From an uncultured Candidatus Saccharibacteria bacterium (GTDB lineage Bacteria; Patescibacteriota; Minisyncoccia; Phycocordibacterales; WO2-35-19): a stretch of 64,000 bases of DNA. Positions 27,584 through 37,113 of the stretch are shown here, piece after piece. A program made the position numbers and the translations under genes. The stretch spans positions 42,133 through 106,132 of the forward strand of contig CAZPQX010000003.1 in the NCBI GenBank assembly GCA_964589445.1, written 5' to 3'. The notes under the pieces are model-generated. The model made no database searches and was not told where the DNA came from. It was given only the letters and a program-made list of their open reading frames with translations. Position 1 is the first letter of the stretch. Each line of letters starts with the position of its first letter.

Positions 27584-28144
27584 ATGAATACTAAAAAAAT
27601 TATTATTAAGCTTTTGGTTGGGGGGGTATTGGTCTTGGGTTTTTTTTCTTTTAATTCTTATATACGTAGAGAGAAGCAGGCTGATGTCGCCCTTGATCCT
27701 AAAAATGCAGAGTACACGATCGAAGGTGAGAGGGTGAAGCTCGTCGGTGGTGTGACCGAAAGTGATTTTTTGCTTACAAAGTATTTTGGAAATGAACTTA
27801 CTGTTGATCTAAACGATGATGGGCGCGAAGACAAAGTATTCCTCGTGACTCAAGAAAGTAATGGAAGTGGCGTCTTCTACTATGCAGTCGCGGCTCTGAA
27901 TACAGAGAGTGGCTACCTCGGTTCAGACGGCTATTTCCTTGGAGATAGGATAGCCCCACAGACTACAGAGGTGAGCCAAAACCCACAACATAAAAATGTC
28001 ATTGTTGTAAATTATGCGGACAGGCTACCTACTGAGCCGATGAGTACAAGCCCATCTGTGGGTAAGAGTGTATATTTGAAACTCGATCCAGTCTCTAGAG
28101 TGTGGGGCGTAGTCGAGCCAGATTTTGAAGGGGAGGCTAGGTAA
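27584..28144 (+). CDS. Membrane-anchored hypothetical protein
   Basis: N-terminal TM, DLNDDGRED, GSGVFYY, LGDRIAPQ. Confidence 0.75.
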   Translation: MNTKKIIIKLLVGGVLVLGFFSFNSYIRREKQADVALDPKNAEYTIEGERVKLVGGVTESDFLLTKYFGNELTVDLNDDGREDKVFLVTQESNGSGVFYYAVAALNTESGYLGSDGYFLGDRIAPQTTEVSQNPQHKNVIVVNYADRLPTEPMSTSPSVGKSVYLKLDPVSRVWGVVEPDFEGEAR

Positions 28145-28229
28145 GTCTGTGTTTGGATAGTTTAGTTTTGCCCAACAATCTTAATTTTGGTATTTAATTC
28201 AGAATTGCAGATGATATAATTAATCCTTC

Positions 28230-30563
28230 ATGAGGACTAAGGTATTTTTTTTAATAAAATTTGTCGCGATATTTGTTGTATTTGGTTTTTTCAAAACTGC
28301 GAGCGCTGACACTCTTTCACTCACTGCAGGTAGCAATGCGACTACCACTCCAAACGTGGCTACCGCCATCACAGGTTTCCAAATAGTTGGGCCTACGAGT
28401 CAGACTACACCAGTCAAGATAAGGGCGACGAGTGGTACCTTAAATCTTTCTACTATTTCTGGTGTGACTATGAGCGGCAATGGTACCGGCACGGTCAACC
28501 TTTCTGGTACGGTTGAGAAATTGAACCAAGCCCTCTCTACTCTCACTTATACCAGAGGCTCTACTGGTACAGACACTCTAGAGGTATCTCTCGTCGAATC
28601 AGGAGAAGTATTTTTTGAAGACAATGGTCACTTGTACAAATTTATAACTTCAACACTGAATTGGAACGCTGCCAAGACCGCAGCAGAAGCTCAGACTGCA
28701 TACGGTGTGAGTGGGTACCTGGCTACAGTTTCTACTACCACTGAAAATGCTTTTATTTCTGCCCGCCTTGTGGCTGATGGTTGGTTTGGTGCGAGCGACT
28801 CAGGGAGTGAGGGTGTGTGGAAATGGGTGACAGGACCTGAAAATGGCACTACATTTTGGAATGGTGCATCTGGTGGCAGTGTGGTGTCTGGGCAGTATGC
28901 AAACTGGAATTCAGCCGAACCTAATGATAGTGGAGGCAACGAAGACTGTGCACAATACTACTCTGCAAGCGGAAAGTGGAATGACTTGCCTTGTACTGGG
29001 TTCACTCTATCTGGATACGTCGTAGAGTTTGGTGCTCCTGGTAATTTGCCGACGGTGGTCGCTCAAAATATTTCTATCGTCACTGCGGATGTGCCTACTA
29101 TCACATCTTTTTATCCAGCCAATGCTTCTACTACGGTGGCTACTACAAGCAACTTGGTGATAGGGTTTAGCAAAAGTGTCACCAATCAAACCGGAAATAT
29201 TTTGATTAAAAAAGTATCGGATGATTCTGTGGCGGAAACAATAGATGCTTCTGGAGTTTTGATTTCTGGCAGTGGCACCAACTCTATCACCATAAACCCA
29301 AGTTCAAATTTGGAAGAGGGCACTCAATATTATGTGGTCGTGCCTGGTACGGCATTTAAAGATAGCTCAAACAATTTCTTTGCTGGGTTTTCTGCGAGTT
29401 CGACCTGGGCCTTCACTACAGGAGACACTACATCCCCGGTAATTACCAATATAGCTACTTCTGGCGTGGCTACGACGAGCGCGGCTATCTCTTGGGACAC
29501 GAGCGAAGCTGCTTCTACAAAAGTCGTGTACTCCACTGGTAGCTCTTTTGCTTCTACTACGAGCGAGACTGACACTAGTCCGCGTCTCACGAGTCACACT
29601 AAAACAATTTCAAACCTGACTGCTTGCACCACTTACAATTTCAAAGTTGTATCAAGGGATGCATTTGCAAACGCCGCTACTTCTTCATCTTATCTCTTTA
29701 CCACACTCGGCTGTCCTTCTTACTCTTTGCCTATAGCTGCGACTACTTCCTCTGTCACCGTGAGTGGGGCCGCTACTTCTACACTTACAGAAAACGGCCG
29801 CGGGATGCAAGTTGAGACGCCAGCAAACTTCACAGCCACTTCTTCTACTGTGGTGATCCAGATAAGGAGCATGGAGGCTGACCCTGTGCTCGAAAGTTTG
29901 AGTGTGCCAGCGGGTCTCACGAAGGCGTCTCAGGTAGTTTTTGATGTGAAAGCGCTTGTCGATGGCTCTGTCGAGCTAGACTCTTTTGACCATCCTGTCA
30001 CTATGACATACACCTATACTGATGAAGATGTAATAGGTCTCGATGAGAGCACTCTTTGGATGTATCACTATCACGATAGTGTGTGGGATCCTCTCGATGA
30101 CTGCACGGTAGACGCCGGGGCAAATACTATCACTTGCGATACACCCAACTTTTCTATTTTTGGTATTTTTGGCAGTCCGGTAAGTGCCGCTTCGACAAAT
30201 AATACAGGTGGAGCTTCTGTCAGGAGTAGGGTGGCGCACTTTGCTGCCATGGGGGACACAGCTTCGGCTGAGCAATTGAAAAAAGATTGGCATTGGTTAT
30301 TTGGCGTAAGCGAGGCTGCTCCTCTCGTCTCTACTTCGACCTCATACAATTTCACTCGTGATTTATATATAAGTTTGAGTGGCGAAGACGTGCGTGCTCT
30401 ACAAAATCTACTCATATCAAAAGGCTTCGCCATACCGGCTGGGGCTACTGGGTATTTCGGGTTGCAAACCAAATCTGCGCTTTCTTTGTATCAGTCACAA
30501 AATGGCATTTTGCCTTCTCTTGGCTACTTCGGTCCAAAAACACGCGCCTTTATCGGGAAATAA
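28230..30563 (+). CDS. Surface protein: C-type lectin, Ig-like, FN3 and PG-binding domains
   Basis: W..AK..A...YLATV....EN.FI, EPND, EDC..WNDLPC; C-terminal PG-binding repeat. Confidence 0.85.
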   Translation: MRTKVFFLIKFVAIFVVFGFFKTASADTLSLTAGSNATTTPNVATAITGFQIVGPTSQTTPVKIRATSGTLNLSTISGVTMSGNGTGTVNLSGTVEKLNQALSTLTYTRGSTGTDTLEVSLVESGEVFFEDNGHLYKFITSTLNWNAAKTAAEAQTAYGVSGYLATVSTTTENAFISARLVADGWFGASDSGSEGVWKWVTGPENGTTFWNGASGGSVVSGQYANWNSAEPNDSGGNEDCAQYYSASGKWNDLPCTGFTLSGYVVEFGAPGNLPTVVAQNISIVTADVPTITSFYPANASTTVATTSNLVIGFSKSVTNQTGNILIKKVSDDSVAETIDASGVLISGSGTNSITINPSSNLEEGTQYYVVVPGTAFKDSSNNFFAGFSASSTWAFTTGDTTSPVITNIATSGVATTSAAISWDTSEAASTKVVYSTGSSFASTTSETDTSPRLTSHTKTISNLTACTTYNFKVVSRDAFANAATSSSYLFTTLGCPSYSLPIAATTSSVTVSGAATSTLTENGRGMQVETPANFTATSSTVVIQIRSMEADPVLESLSVPAGLTKASQVVFDVKALVDGSVELDSFDHPVTMTYTYTDEDVIGLDESTLWMYHYHDSVWDPLDDCTVDAGANTITCDTPNFSIFGIFGSPVSAASTNNTGGASVRSRVAHFAAMGDTASAEQLKKDWHWLFGVSEAAPLVSTSTSYNFTRDLYISLSGEDVRALQNLLISKGFAIPAGATGYFGLQTKSALSLYQSQNGILPSLGYFGPKTRAFIGK

Positions 30564-30637
30564 ATTAAGATACTTTATCGACTTTTGTTTTAAATCGAGA
30601 TAATATGTTCGGGTAGTTGGTGTTTAAAAATAAAAAC

Positions 30638-31261
30638 ATGAAAAATAATTTACAAGCTGGGTTTTTGCCTTTTATCGTGATCGCTGTCGTGGCTGTGCTT
30701 GCTGTGGGTGGTGGAGTGTATTATGCAACTAGGGGTGACGAAGCAGGTACAGAAAGTGAGATAGAAACAGAAGCAAAAGTTGAGACTCATGGTGAGGTAG
30801 AAATAAAAGGTGAGTCTAGCAAATCAAGTTTGCGTTCACTACTCACTATCGGCAAAGATGTGGTTTGTACATTTGAAAGCTCTGCCAGAAATACTGAATC
30901 AAGCGGCACAGTTTATATATCTTCGACAGGACAGATGCATGGCAATTTTAATTCACAAAATCAAATCGGAAGCATCGAATCACACATGGTGGTCAAGGCA
31001 GACGGTATGGCTTATGTTTGGTCAGGAAGTCAGGGAACCAAGATGAACTTTTCTAAGATAGATGCAGCAGCTAGCTCTGAGACAGATACTTCAGTAAATA
31101 TGGATGCGGAAGTTGAATATAAATGTAGTGATTGGAAGAGAGACAACTCCAAATTTGAAGTACCAACAAACGTCACTTTCATCGATATTGATGCCATGAT
31201 GAAAGGCACCTTGCCAGGCAATATAGATATACAAGGAGTGATGAAGGGTAGTGTGCGTTAG
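30638..31261 (+). CDS. Membrane-anchored hypothetical protein with pilin-like N-terminus
   Basis: QAGF followed by a hydrophobic helix; two Cys; SKFEVPTNVTF. Confidence 0.7.
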   Translation: MKNNLQAGFLPFIVIAVVAVLAVGGGVYYATRGDEAGTESEIETEAKVETHGEVEIKGESSKSSLRSLLTIGKDVVCTFESSARNTESSGTVYISSTGQMHGNFNSQNQIGSIESHMVVKADGMAYVWSGSQGTKMNFSKIDAAASSETDTSVNMDAEVEYKCSDWKRDNSKFEVPTNVTFIDIDAMMKGTLPGNIDIQGVMKGSVR

Positions 31262-31464
31262 TCTTTGTATTTGTATTCGAGGAGGTCTCCTGGACCACAA
31301 TCTAGTGTTTTGCATATCGCCTCGAGAGTCGAGAAGCGGATGGCTTTTGCTTTGCCCGTTTTTAGGATTGAAAGATTGGCAAGTGTGATGCCCACCTTCT
31401 CGCTGAGCTCAGTAAGACTCATTTTCCTTTTTGCTAACATTACATCCAAGTTTACTAGTATCAT
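31258..31464 (-). CDS. Cro/C1-type HTH regulator (YozG-like)
   Basis: LDVMLAKRKMSLTELSEKVGITLANLSILKTGKAKAIRFSTL. Confidence 0.9.
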   Translation of the reverse strand: MILVNLDVMLAKRKMSLTELSEKVGITLANLSILKTGKAKAIRFSTLEAICKTLDCGPGDLLEYKYKD

Positions 31465-31475
31465 TTGATTTAATG

Positions 31476-31958
31476 TTAGACTGTTAGATCATTCTCGGAC
31501 TTCATATGGATAGCGCTTTCGACAAGCTTTTGAAGTACCGCAGCGAAGACAGCGACGATAAGAGGTGAGCATGCTGCGAGGAACCCTACGATAATGAGGC
31601 CTGGAGCGTCGTCCCACTGTGCTACCAAAAACACAACAGGCATGCCGAGCATGCAGAGCCCGCTCATGACGGTGGCAGCATATTTTATCTTCCTAAGAGC
31701 TTTGATACTTAAGTCAGAGAAGGCAATATTTTTATCTATATAATTTAAAAGTTTGAATGATTGGTAAATACAGAAGAAGAATGGTATCGCTATAAGATAG
31801 AGTCCAAACAAGATCGCTTCTTGTAGTGGGGCGAGGGGAGGGAACTCGAGAGCCGCACCCTTTGTTATGGGTGATAGAGCAAAAATACAAATCGCTAGTG
31901 CTATTAGAGTGCCAATACCTAAGACTATCCTTAGAAACCAAGTTGATCCTTTTTTCAT
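31476..31958 (-). CDS. DUF2975 (YoaS-like) membrane protein
   Basis: AFS..S.KAL..IK, DDAPG, KSENDLTV; usual partner of YozG. Confidence 0.9.
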   Translation of the reverse strand: MKKGSTWFLRIVLGIGTLIALAICIFALSPITKGAALEFPPLAPLQEAILFGLYLIAIPFFFCIYQSFKLLNYIDKNIAFSDLSIKALRKIKYAATVMSGLCMLGMPVVFLVAQWDDAPGLIIVGFLAACSPLIVAVFAAVLQKLVESAIHMKSENDLTV

Positions 31959-32013
31959 AAATTATTAGTTACTTTTTAATTTCTATTAAGTGGTGTATTT
32001 ATTTTATATTATT

Positions 32014-32034
32014 ATTTATCGAATTACAATAAAT
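32014..32034. promoter_or_regulatory. Palindromic operator candidate for the YozG-like regulator
   Basis: ATTTATCG-AATTA-CAATAAAT upstream of the DUF2975 gene. Confidence 0.4.
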
Positions 32035-32102
32035 ATATACCGATAGTTGATAAATAATTAGTATTTTTTTTGGCTAAATAGGTATAATAATATTTAAAAA
32101 AT

Positions 32103-32816
32103 ATGAATGATATATTAATTGCACTCATGGCTGCTCTTACTACTCTCAGTAGTATTTTAACAACTTATGATCCATCACTTCAAAATTTACAAAATAGAGG
32201 AGTTAGTGTTTTAAAAACTAATCCTTCGGGGGAAATAATAGAGGAGATAATAATCCCTAGGAGGCGAGGGTCTATGCCGAGATATCAGGGTGGTGTGAGT
32301 CTCATCACTCCAACTATAGTGTTTGAAGATATAACTAAATTTATAACTGAAGGCCCTATCACTCTTTCTCCTTCGTCAAATAGTGCTGGTGTTTTTAGCT
32401 TTCTTAGTAGTAATACTGATAAGGTTACAATAAGTGGTAATACGGCTAATTTTGTTTCTATAAGTGCAGGGTCTTCTGTTATCACTGCAAATCAGAGTGC
32501 CGCGGGTGACTACTCCGAAGGCTCGGCTGCTATGACTATCACACTCTTGCACACATATTGTATAGCAGAGCCGTGTCTAAATGGGGGTGTCTGTAATCCT
32601 GTGATAGATGGAGATCAAAACTTTACATGTACTTGTGCGGAAGGGTTTGAAGGTCCTACTTGTGCTTTGTATGATGATGTTTGTACACCCCCAGCCCCTG
32701 GGTCGTGCAGGAATGCTGGGATTTGCGTGGCAGATGAAGATGGAGGGCATTGTGAATGTACTGGATGTTGGATGGGGGACTATTGTCAGACTGTAAATAC
32801 AGAGTGTGAAGCTTAA
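32103..32816 (+). CDS. Secreted protein with Ig-like and EGF-like domains
   Basis: C...PCLNGGVC.......FTCTC..GF.G..C followed by a second EGF-like repeat. Confidence 0.8.
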   Translation: MNDILIALMAALTTLSSILTTYDPSLQNLQNRGVSVLKTNPSGEIIEEIIIPRRRGSMPRYQGGVSLITPTIVFEDITKFITEGPITLSPSSNSAGVFSFLSSNTDKVTISGNTANFVSISAGSSVITANQSAAGDYSEGSAAMTITLLHTYCIAEPCLNGGVCNPVIDGDQNFTCTCAEGFEGPTCALYDDVCTPPAPGSCRNAGICVADEDGGHCECTGCWMGDYCQTVNTECEA

Positions 32817-32850
32817 TTATAGTACTATTGTAATTTCTAATTTTTCTAAT

Positions 32851-32893
32851 TTTAAAAGCTCACCAACTCAAAAGAGTTTGGTGAGCTTTTAAA
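32851..32893. terminator. Bidirectional intrinsic terminator
   Basis: TTTAAAAGCTCACCAA...TTGGTGAGCTTTTAAA. Confidence 0.75.
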
Positions 32894-32911
32894 GCTATTA
32901 ATATATGCAAC

Positions 32912-33451
32912 TTATACAGACGGTTGGTATATGTTTATGTCTTTAGCACCGTGGTCTGAGAGTATCTCTGATATACGAATATCGTCTTCTGAGTGGACAG
33001 CTAGTAATATATTTCCAGCCATGACACTGTCGTTGTATTCTTGTGTGCGAGGTTTGTCTACACCCCAAGCACCAAGCGCACCTATGAGACCTCCAGCCGC
33101 TCCTCCAGTCACAGCTCCAGCTGCTGCGCCGCCCGCTGCACCAGTGATCCCTAATGCTGCCATGAGAGGTCCTGCTGCAAATATGGGTCCCACTATGGGC
33201 ACGGCTCCCGCAAATGCCGCTATGCCTCCAATAGCTCCCAACGCCCCACCTATGGCGGCACCTTTTTTGACGCCTTCAGCTGGAGTGTCAGAACTTATTT
33301 CGCTCGCATTTACTTCCATTTGCTCACTATCTCTATTTCGGTAAACATAAGAAATATCTTCCAGGTCTATTTTTAATTTGCGATGCAGTTCGTTGATTGC
33401 TTCTTCTGCATCCTTCCTAGAAGAAAACGTGGCCAAGGTCATCTTTTTCAT
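32912..33451 (-). CDS. General stress protein-like (Gly-zipper) membrane protein
   Basis: F....AE.AI.EL N-terminus, GAAIGGALG/GGLIGAL glycine zipper. Confidence 0.75.
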   Translation of the reverse strand: MKKMTLATFSSRKDAEEAINELHRKLKIDLEDISYVYRNRDSEQMEVNASEISSDTPAEGVKKGAAIGGALGAIGGIAAFAGAVPIVGPIFAAGPLMAALGITGAAGGAAAGAVTGGAAGGLIGALGAWGVDKPRTQEYNDSVMAGNILLAVHSEDDIRISEILSDHGAKDINIYQPSV

Positions 33452-33543
33452 GTTTTTATTATTAGTGATAATGTCTTAATTTTATTAAATGGGAATTAAG
33501 AAAGAGTGAAGTATTTTTTACAGAGTTTTTTTGTAAAAATATT

Positions 33544-33990
33544 TTACTCAGAACTGAAGCATTGATCTGTTTGGTTGTTTGGGCTGACCGTGAGTGCGTG
33601 GTCGGGCAAGCCAGCCTCATTTATATGCATGGCTATAGAGCCATTGCTGCCCGTAGTGGCTATGTTTGAAACAGAGCCATTTGGAAGTAGAGAAACCGCA
33701 ATTTCACCAGGAGGTACTTCTGTGTCTATGGTTGGACCATCAAAAGAAAAACCATCTGATTTGTCGTAGGAAATAGTACACTCATTTCCACTAGCTGTAT
33801 CTTTGACTGTGAGTGGTCCAAAATTTGAGAGTGCATCAGCAGGGCAGATGTAAGCTCCATTTTGCTGGATAGAGCAATTATCTGAATCTATAGAAATAAA
33901 GTCACTACTTGTTTCTCTAAATGCGAACCAAATTATTATGACTAATATTACTGCAGCTACCAATATTGCTATGTTTCTTATGTTACTCAT
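33544..33990 (-). CDS. Membrane-anchored hypothetical protein
   Basis: N-terminal TM, four Cys. Confidence 0.65.
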   Translation of the reverse strand: MSNIRNIAILVAAVILVIIIWFAFRETSSDFISIDSDNCSIQQNGAYICPADALSNFGPLTVKDTASGNECTISYDKSDGFSFDGPTIDTEVPPGEIAVSLLPNGSVSNIATTGSNGSIAMHINEAGLPDHALTVSPNNQTDQCFSSE

Positions 33991-34164
33991 ATTTTTATAA
34001 TTAACTTATATGAGTCTAATTTTAATAAACTTCATGAAAGTAGATAGAAGAATATATAAATTTAGCCAGATATTTTGATTTTGTTGTCAATATTTCTTTA
34101 AATTCTTGACTAGGGTATCCTATAAGTTATCATTAACAAATCCTTAAAAAATTAACTTTTATTT

Positions 34165-34872
34165 ATGCAAAGCGAAAATAAATTGTCTCTTCCGATAGCT
34201 ATAGCTTTTGCCGGTATATTGATAGCAGGCTCAATAATGTATGGCAAAGTTGGGACTCCCACCAACAAAGCTGCACAAGTGGCAGAAGTTGCAGGGCAGG
34301 AATCTCTAGATAGTATAAACCCAATTTCAGCAGATGATCATATAAGAGGTAGTAGGGACGCAGATGTTTTTATTGTTGAATATTCAGATACAGAGTGTCC
34401 TTTCTGTAAGAGACTCCATGACACATTGAAGCAAGTGATGGCAGAATACCAGGCGGGCGGAAAGGTAGCTTGGGTCTACAGGCACTTTCCTTTAGAGCAG
34501 CTGCATTCAAAAGCTAAAAATGAAGCTTTGGCTCTAGAGTGCGCAGCAGAGCTCGGTGGAAATGATAAGTTCTGGCAATACACAGATAGGATTTATGAGA
34601 TAACTCCTGCAAACGATGGTCTTGACCCTCTCGAACTTCCTAAAATAGCTCAGTACGTTGGTTTGGATGTCGCAAAGTTTAATGAATGTTTGTCTAGTCA
34701 AAGACACATGGCTAAGGTGGACGCCGACCTTCAAAATGCTATCGCTACTGGAGGAGCGGGTACACCATGGAGCATAATCGTAGCTAAAGACGGCACCAAA
34801 TATCCTCTTTCTGGAGCACAGCCATATGAAGCTATAAAGCAGATGATAGAGTCTGCACTTTCAAAAAACTAG
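34165..34872 (+). CDS. DsbA/BdbD-like thiol-disulfide oxidoreductase
   Basis: EYSDTECPFC, RHFPL, GTP. Confidence 0.9.
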   Translation: MQSENKLSLPIAIAFAGILIAGSIMYGKVGTPTNKAAQVAEVAGQESLDSINPISADDHIRGSRDADVFIVEYSDTECPFCKRLHDTLKQVMAEYQAGGKVAWVYRHFPLEQLHSKAKNEALALECAAELGGNDKFWQYTDRIYEITPANDGLDPLELPKIAQYVGLDVAKFNECLSSQRHMAKVDADLQNAIATGGAGTPWSIIVAKDGTKYPLSGAQPYEAIKQMIESALSKN

Positions 34873-34873
34873 T

Positions 34874-35506
34874 ATGAACAAAAGTTTTTTAGGGTTAGTT
34901 TTGATCGTCGTCTTGGCAGTGGTTTCCTTATTTGTTTTTGCCCCTGAAGTCAAATACAAATTTGAGAATAATGCCGTTCACCCTCTAGACAATGTTAAGG
35001 GTAACAAAGATGCCAAAGTGATCTTGATTGAATACAGTGACTTTGAATGTCCTGCTTGTAGGACTTACTATCCGATACTGAGACAACTCTTTACCGAATT
35101 TGGTGATAGGGCAACTTTTGTTTACAGACACTTTCCTCTGACTAGTATCCACCCAAATGCTGAGTTTGCCGCTAGGGCAGCAGAAGCAGCAGGTAAGCAA
35201 GACAAGTTTTGGGAAATGCACGACCTACTTTTCCAAAAACAAGCAGAGTGGTCAAACATCGCTGATATAGTGCCTGTATTCAAAAACTATGCTGCTTTAG
35301 TGGGTATTGACGCAGATAAATTTGAAAGTGATTTTAATTCTAGAGAAGTAAAAGATTTTGTAAGTTCTCAAAAAGCACATGCAAATAGCTCTGGCTTCCC
35401 AGGTACCCCAACTTTTGTTTTGAATGGGGAAGTTATAGATAATCCTTCTTCACTCGAACAATTCAGGTCTATTATTTTGGAAAAAATAAAAGAAACTCAA
35501 AACTAG
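34874..35506 (+). CDS. DsbA/BdbD-like thiol-disulfide oxidoreductase
   Basis: EYSDFECPAC, RHFPL, GTPTF. Confidence 0.9.
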   Translation: MNKSFLGLVLIVVLAVVSLFVFAPEVKYKFENNAVHPLDNVKGNKDAKVILIEYSDFECPACRTYYPILRQLFTEFGDRATFVYRHFPLTSIHPNAEFAARAAEAAGKQDKFWEMHDLLFQKQAEWSNIADIVPVFKNYAALVGIDADKFESDFNSREVKDFVSSQKAHANSSGFPGTPTFVLNGEVIDNPSSLEQFRSIILEKIKETQN

Positions 35507-35564
35507 ATTTTAGTAATCAACAGTTTTGATATTGTTTGCGATAGTTTTGTTATAAAATTATCGT

Positions 35565-35861
35565 ATGGATTATTCTGATATCTATTTTGCAATCTCCTCA
35601 GTCTCTGTGATAGCTGTGGCTATACTTGTGCTTATCTGCCTCCTATATATCATCTCTATACTTTACGATATAAAAAGGCTTTCTGGGGTTGCAAGGAGGG
35701 AAGCTGAGACCATAGCCAGAGGCATACAAAAAGGCGCCGAACTTTTTGGTACTGGCATTTCAGGTGAAGCCAACACTTTCGTCAAAACACTTTTTGCTAC
35801 ATTGCTCACACATTTTGTTTCTAAATCTACAAAGAAGAGAAGTACTAAGTCTAAGGAGTAG
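35565..35861 (+). CDS. Small membrane protein
   Basis: N-terminal TM plus amphipathic helix. Confidence 0.65.
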   Translation: MDYSDIYFAISSVSVIAVAILVLICLLYIISILYDIKRLSGVARREAETIARGIQKGAELFGTGISGEANTFVKTLFATLLTHFVSKSTKKRSTKSKE

Positions 35862-35930
35862 TATTCTTTAACTAAAATTTAATTTACCAAAAATATCAAA
35901 GAGAACCTTTGATATTTTTGATATATGTTT

Positions 35931-37097
35931 TTACCTCGTATCCACTTTTGGGATGAAGAGGAGAGCGAGGAGGACTATGCTGCCCAAGGCATAAAAAGAA
36001 GCGCCGTAGCCAAAATTTGCAACTATAGGAAGGGCAACAAGAGGTACCAAAAGGAAAGAGATAGGTCTCACAATCCTAAAGAGGCTTATCATAGTAGTGT
36101 CCTTTTCTTTTACTTTTTTGAAAAAATAACTTTCGGTTGAGATCTCGACAATGCTTGCTCCGACTCTGGTGAGGAAAAGAGTGAGTGCGATAAATATCAA
36201 ACCTTTGCCGGCTGATAGTGGTAGTACGAGGGTCGTGGCTGACATGATGATCGTGCCCACAACTAGTAATTCTTTTTCACCTATAAATTTGTCATTTAAT
36301 ATGCCTGTGGGAAATTGGAAGAGGAGGAAGGGTGTAAGCATGATTGTAAAAATGACGCCTATATACTCCCAGCCGATGCCTAACTCTTTATATAAAAATA
36401 GGGGAAGGTATATGACCATCCAAGAATAAAAAAAGTTTAGAATAAAGTTGATGACCAAGATTTTGAAGGTGTCTCTCGTTTTAAACACTTCTTTTATTTT
36501 TGAGTATATTTCGAAATCTTTTGTTTTTAAATTTGCAGAAAAGTTTTTGAATACAAAAGTCACGAGGAGTGATAGAGGTATCAGTACTAAAGTCGAGGCA
36601 ATATAAATATTTCTTAAACTATTTTCATTTTGGAGTAATGGGATAAGAAGTGGAGATAAGACCCAACCTATATTTTGTACGGTGAGGAGGGCTCCTCTCG
36701 TCGTGCCTGTCTCGCTCTCTTTTTGGATTTTCTCTTCTACATTTATATCCATAAAGAAGTTGAGGGTAGATTGTCCCGAATGATGAAGGACGAAAAATAT
36801 AGCTACAAGAAGAGGGGAGATAGAAAAACCGAGACTGAGTGTCGCGATGATTTCGAGTAATATAAATATAAGAAAAGCTTTTTTGCTGCCTAGTTTGTGT
36901 ATCAAGAAGGGTGCTAAGATAAGCAAAAATATACTAAGAAGAGAGCCTATTGCATATAGGAAGTTGGTGCTATTTGGGCCCACATATCTTTCTATGGTTG
37001 ATGAGTTTATATAGACGACTGAAGCGTAATGTACAACTGCAAAAAACCCAGCTGCAAAAACAGCAAGCAGTCCCTTGTTTAGAACACTTTTCTGCAT
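35931..37097 (-). CDS. MFS transporter
   Basis: About 12 TM segments, GILNDKFIGEK loop motif. Confidence 0.85.
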   Translation of the reverse strand: MQKSVLNKGLLAVFAAGFFAVVHYASVVYINSSTIERYVGPNSTNFLYAIGSLLSIFLLILAPFLIHKLGSKKAFLIFILLEIIATLSLGFSISPLLVAIFFVLHHSGQSTLNFFMDINVEEKIQKESETGTTRGALLTVQNIGWVLSPLLIPLLQNENSLRNIYIASTLVLIPLSLLVTFVFKNFSANLKTKDFEIYSKIKEVFKTRDTFKILVINFILNFFYSWMVIYLPLFLYKELGIGWEYIGVIFTIMLTPFLLFQFPTGILNDKFIGEKELLVVGTIIMSATTLVLPLSAGKGLIFIALTLFLTRVGASIVEISTESYFFKKVKEKDTTMISLFRIVRPISFLLVPLVALPIVANFGYGASFYALGSIVLLALLFIPKVDTR

Positions 37098-37113
37098 GCA
37101 AATATTTTACACT

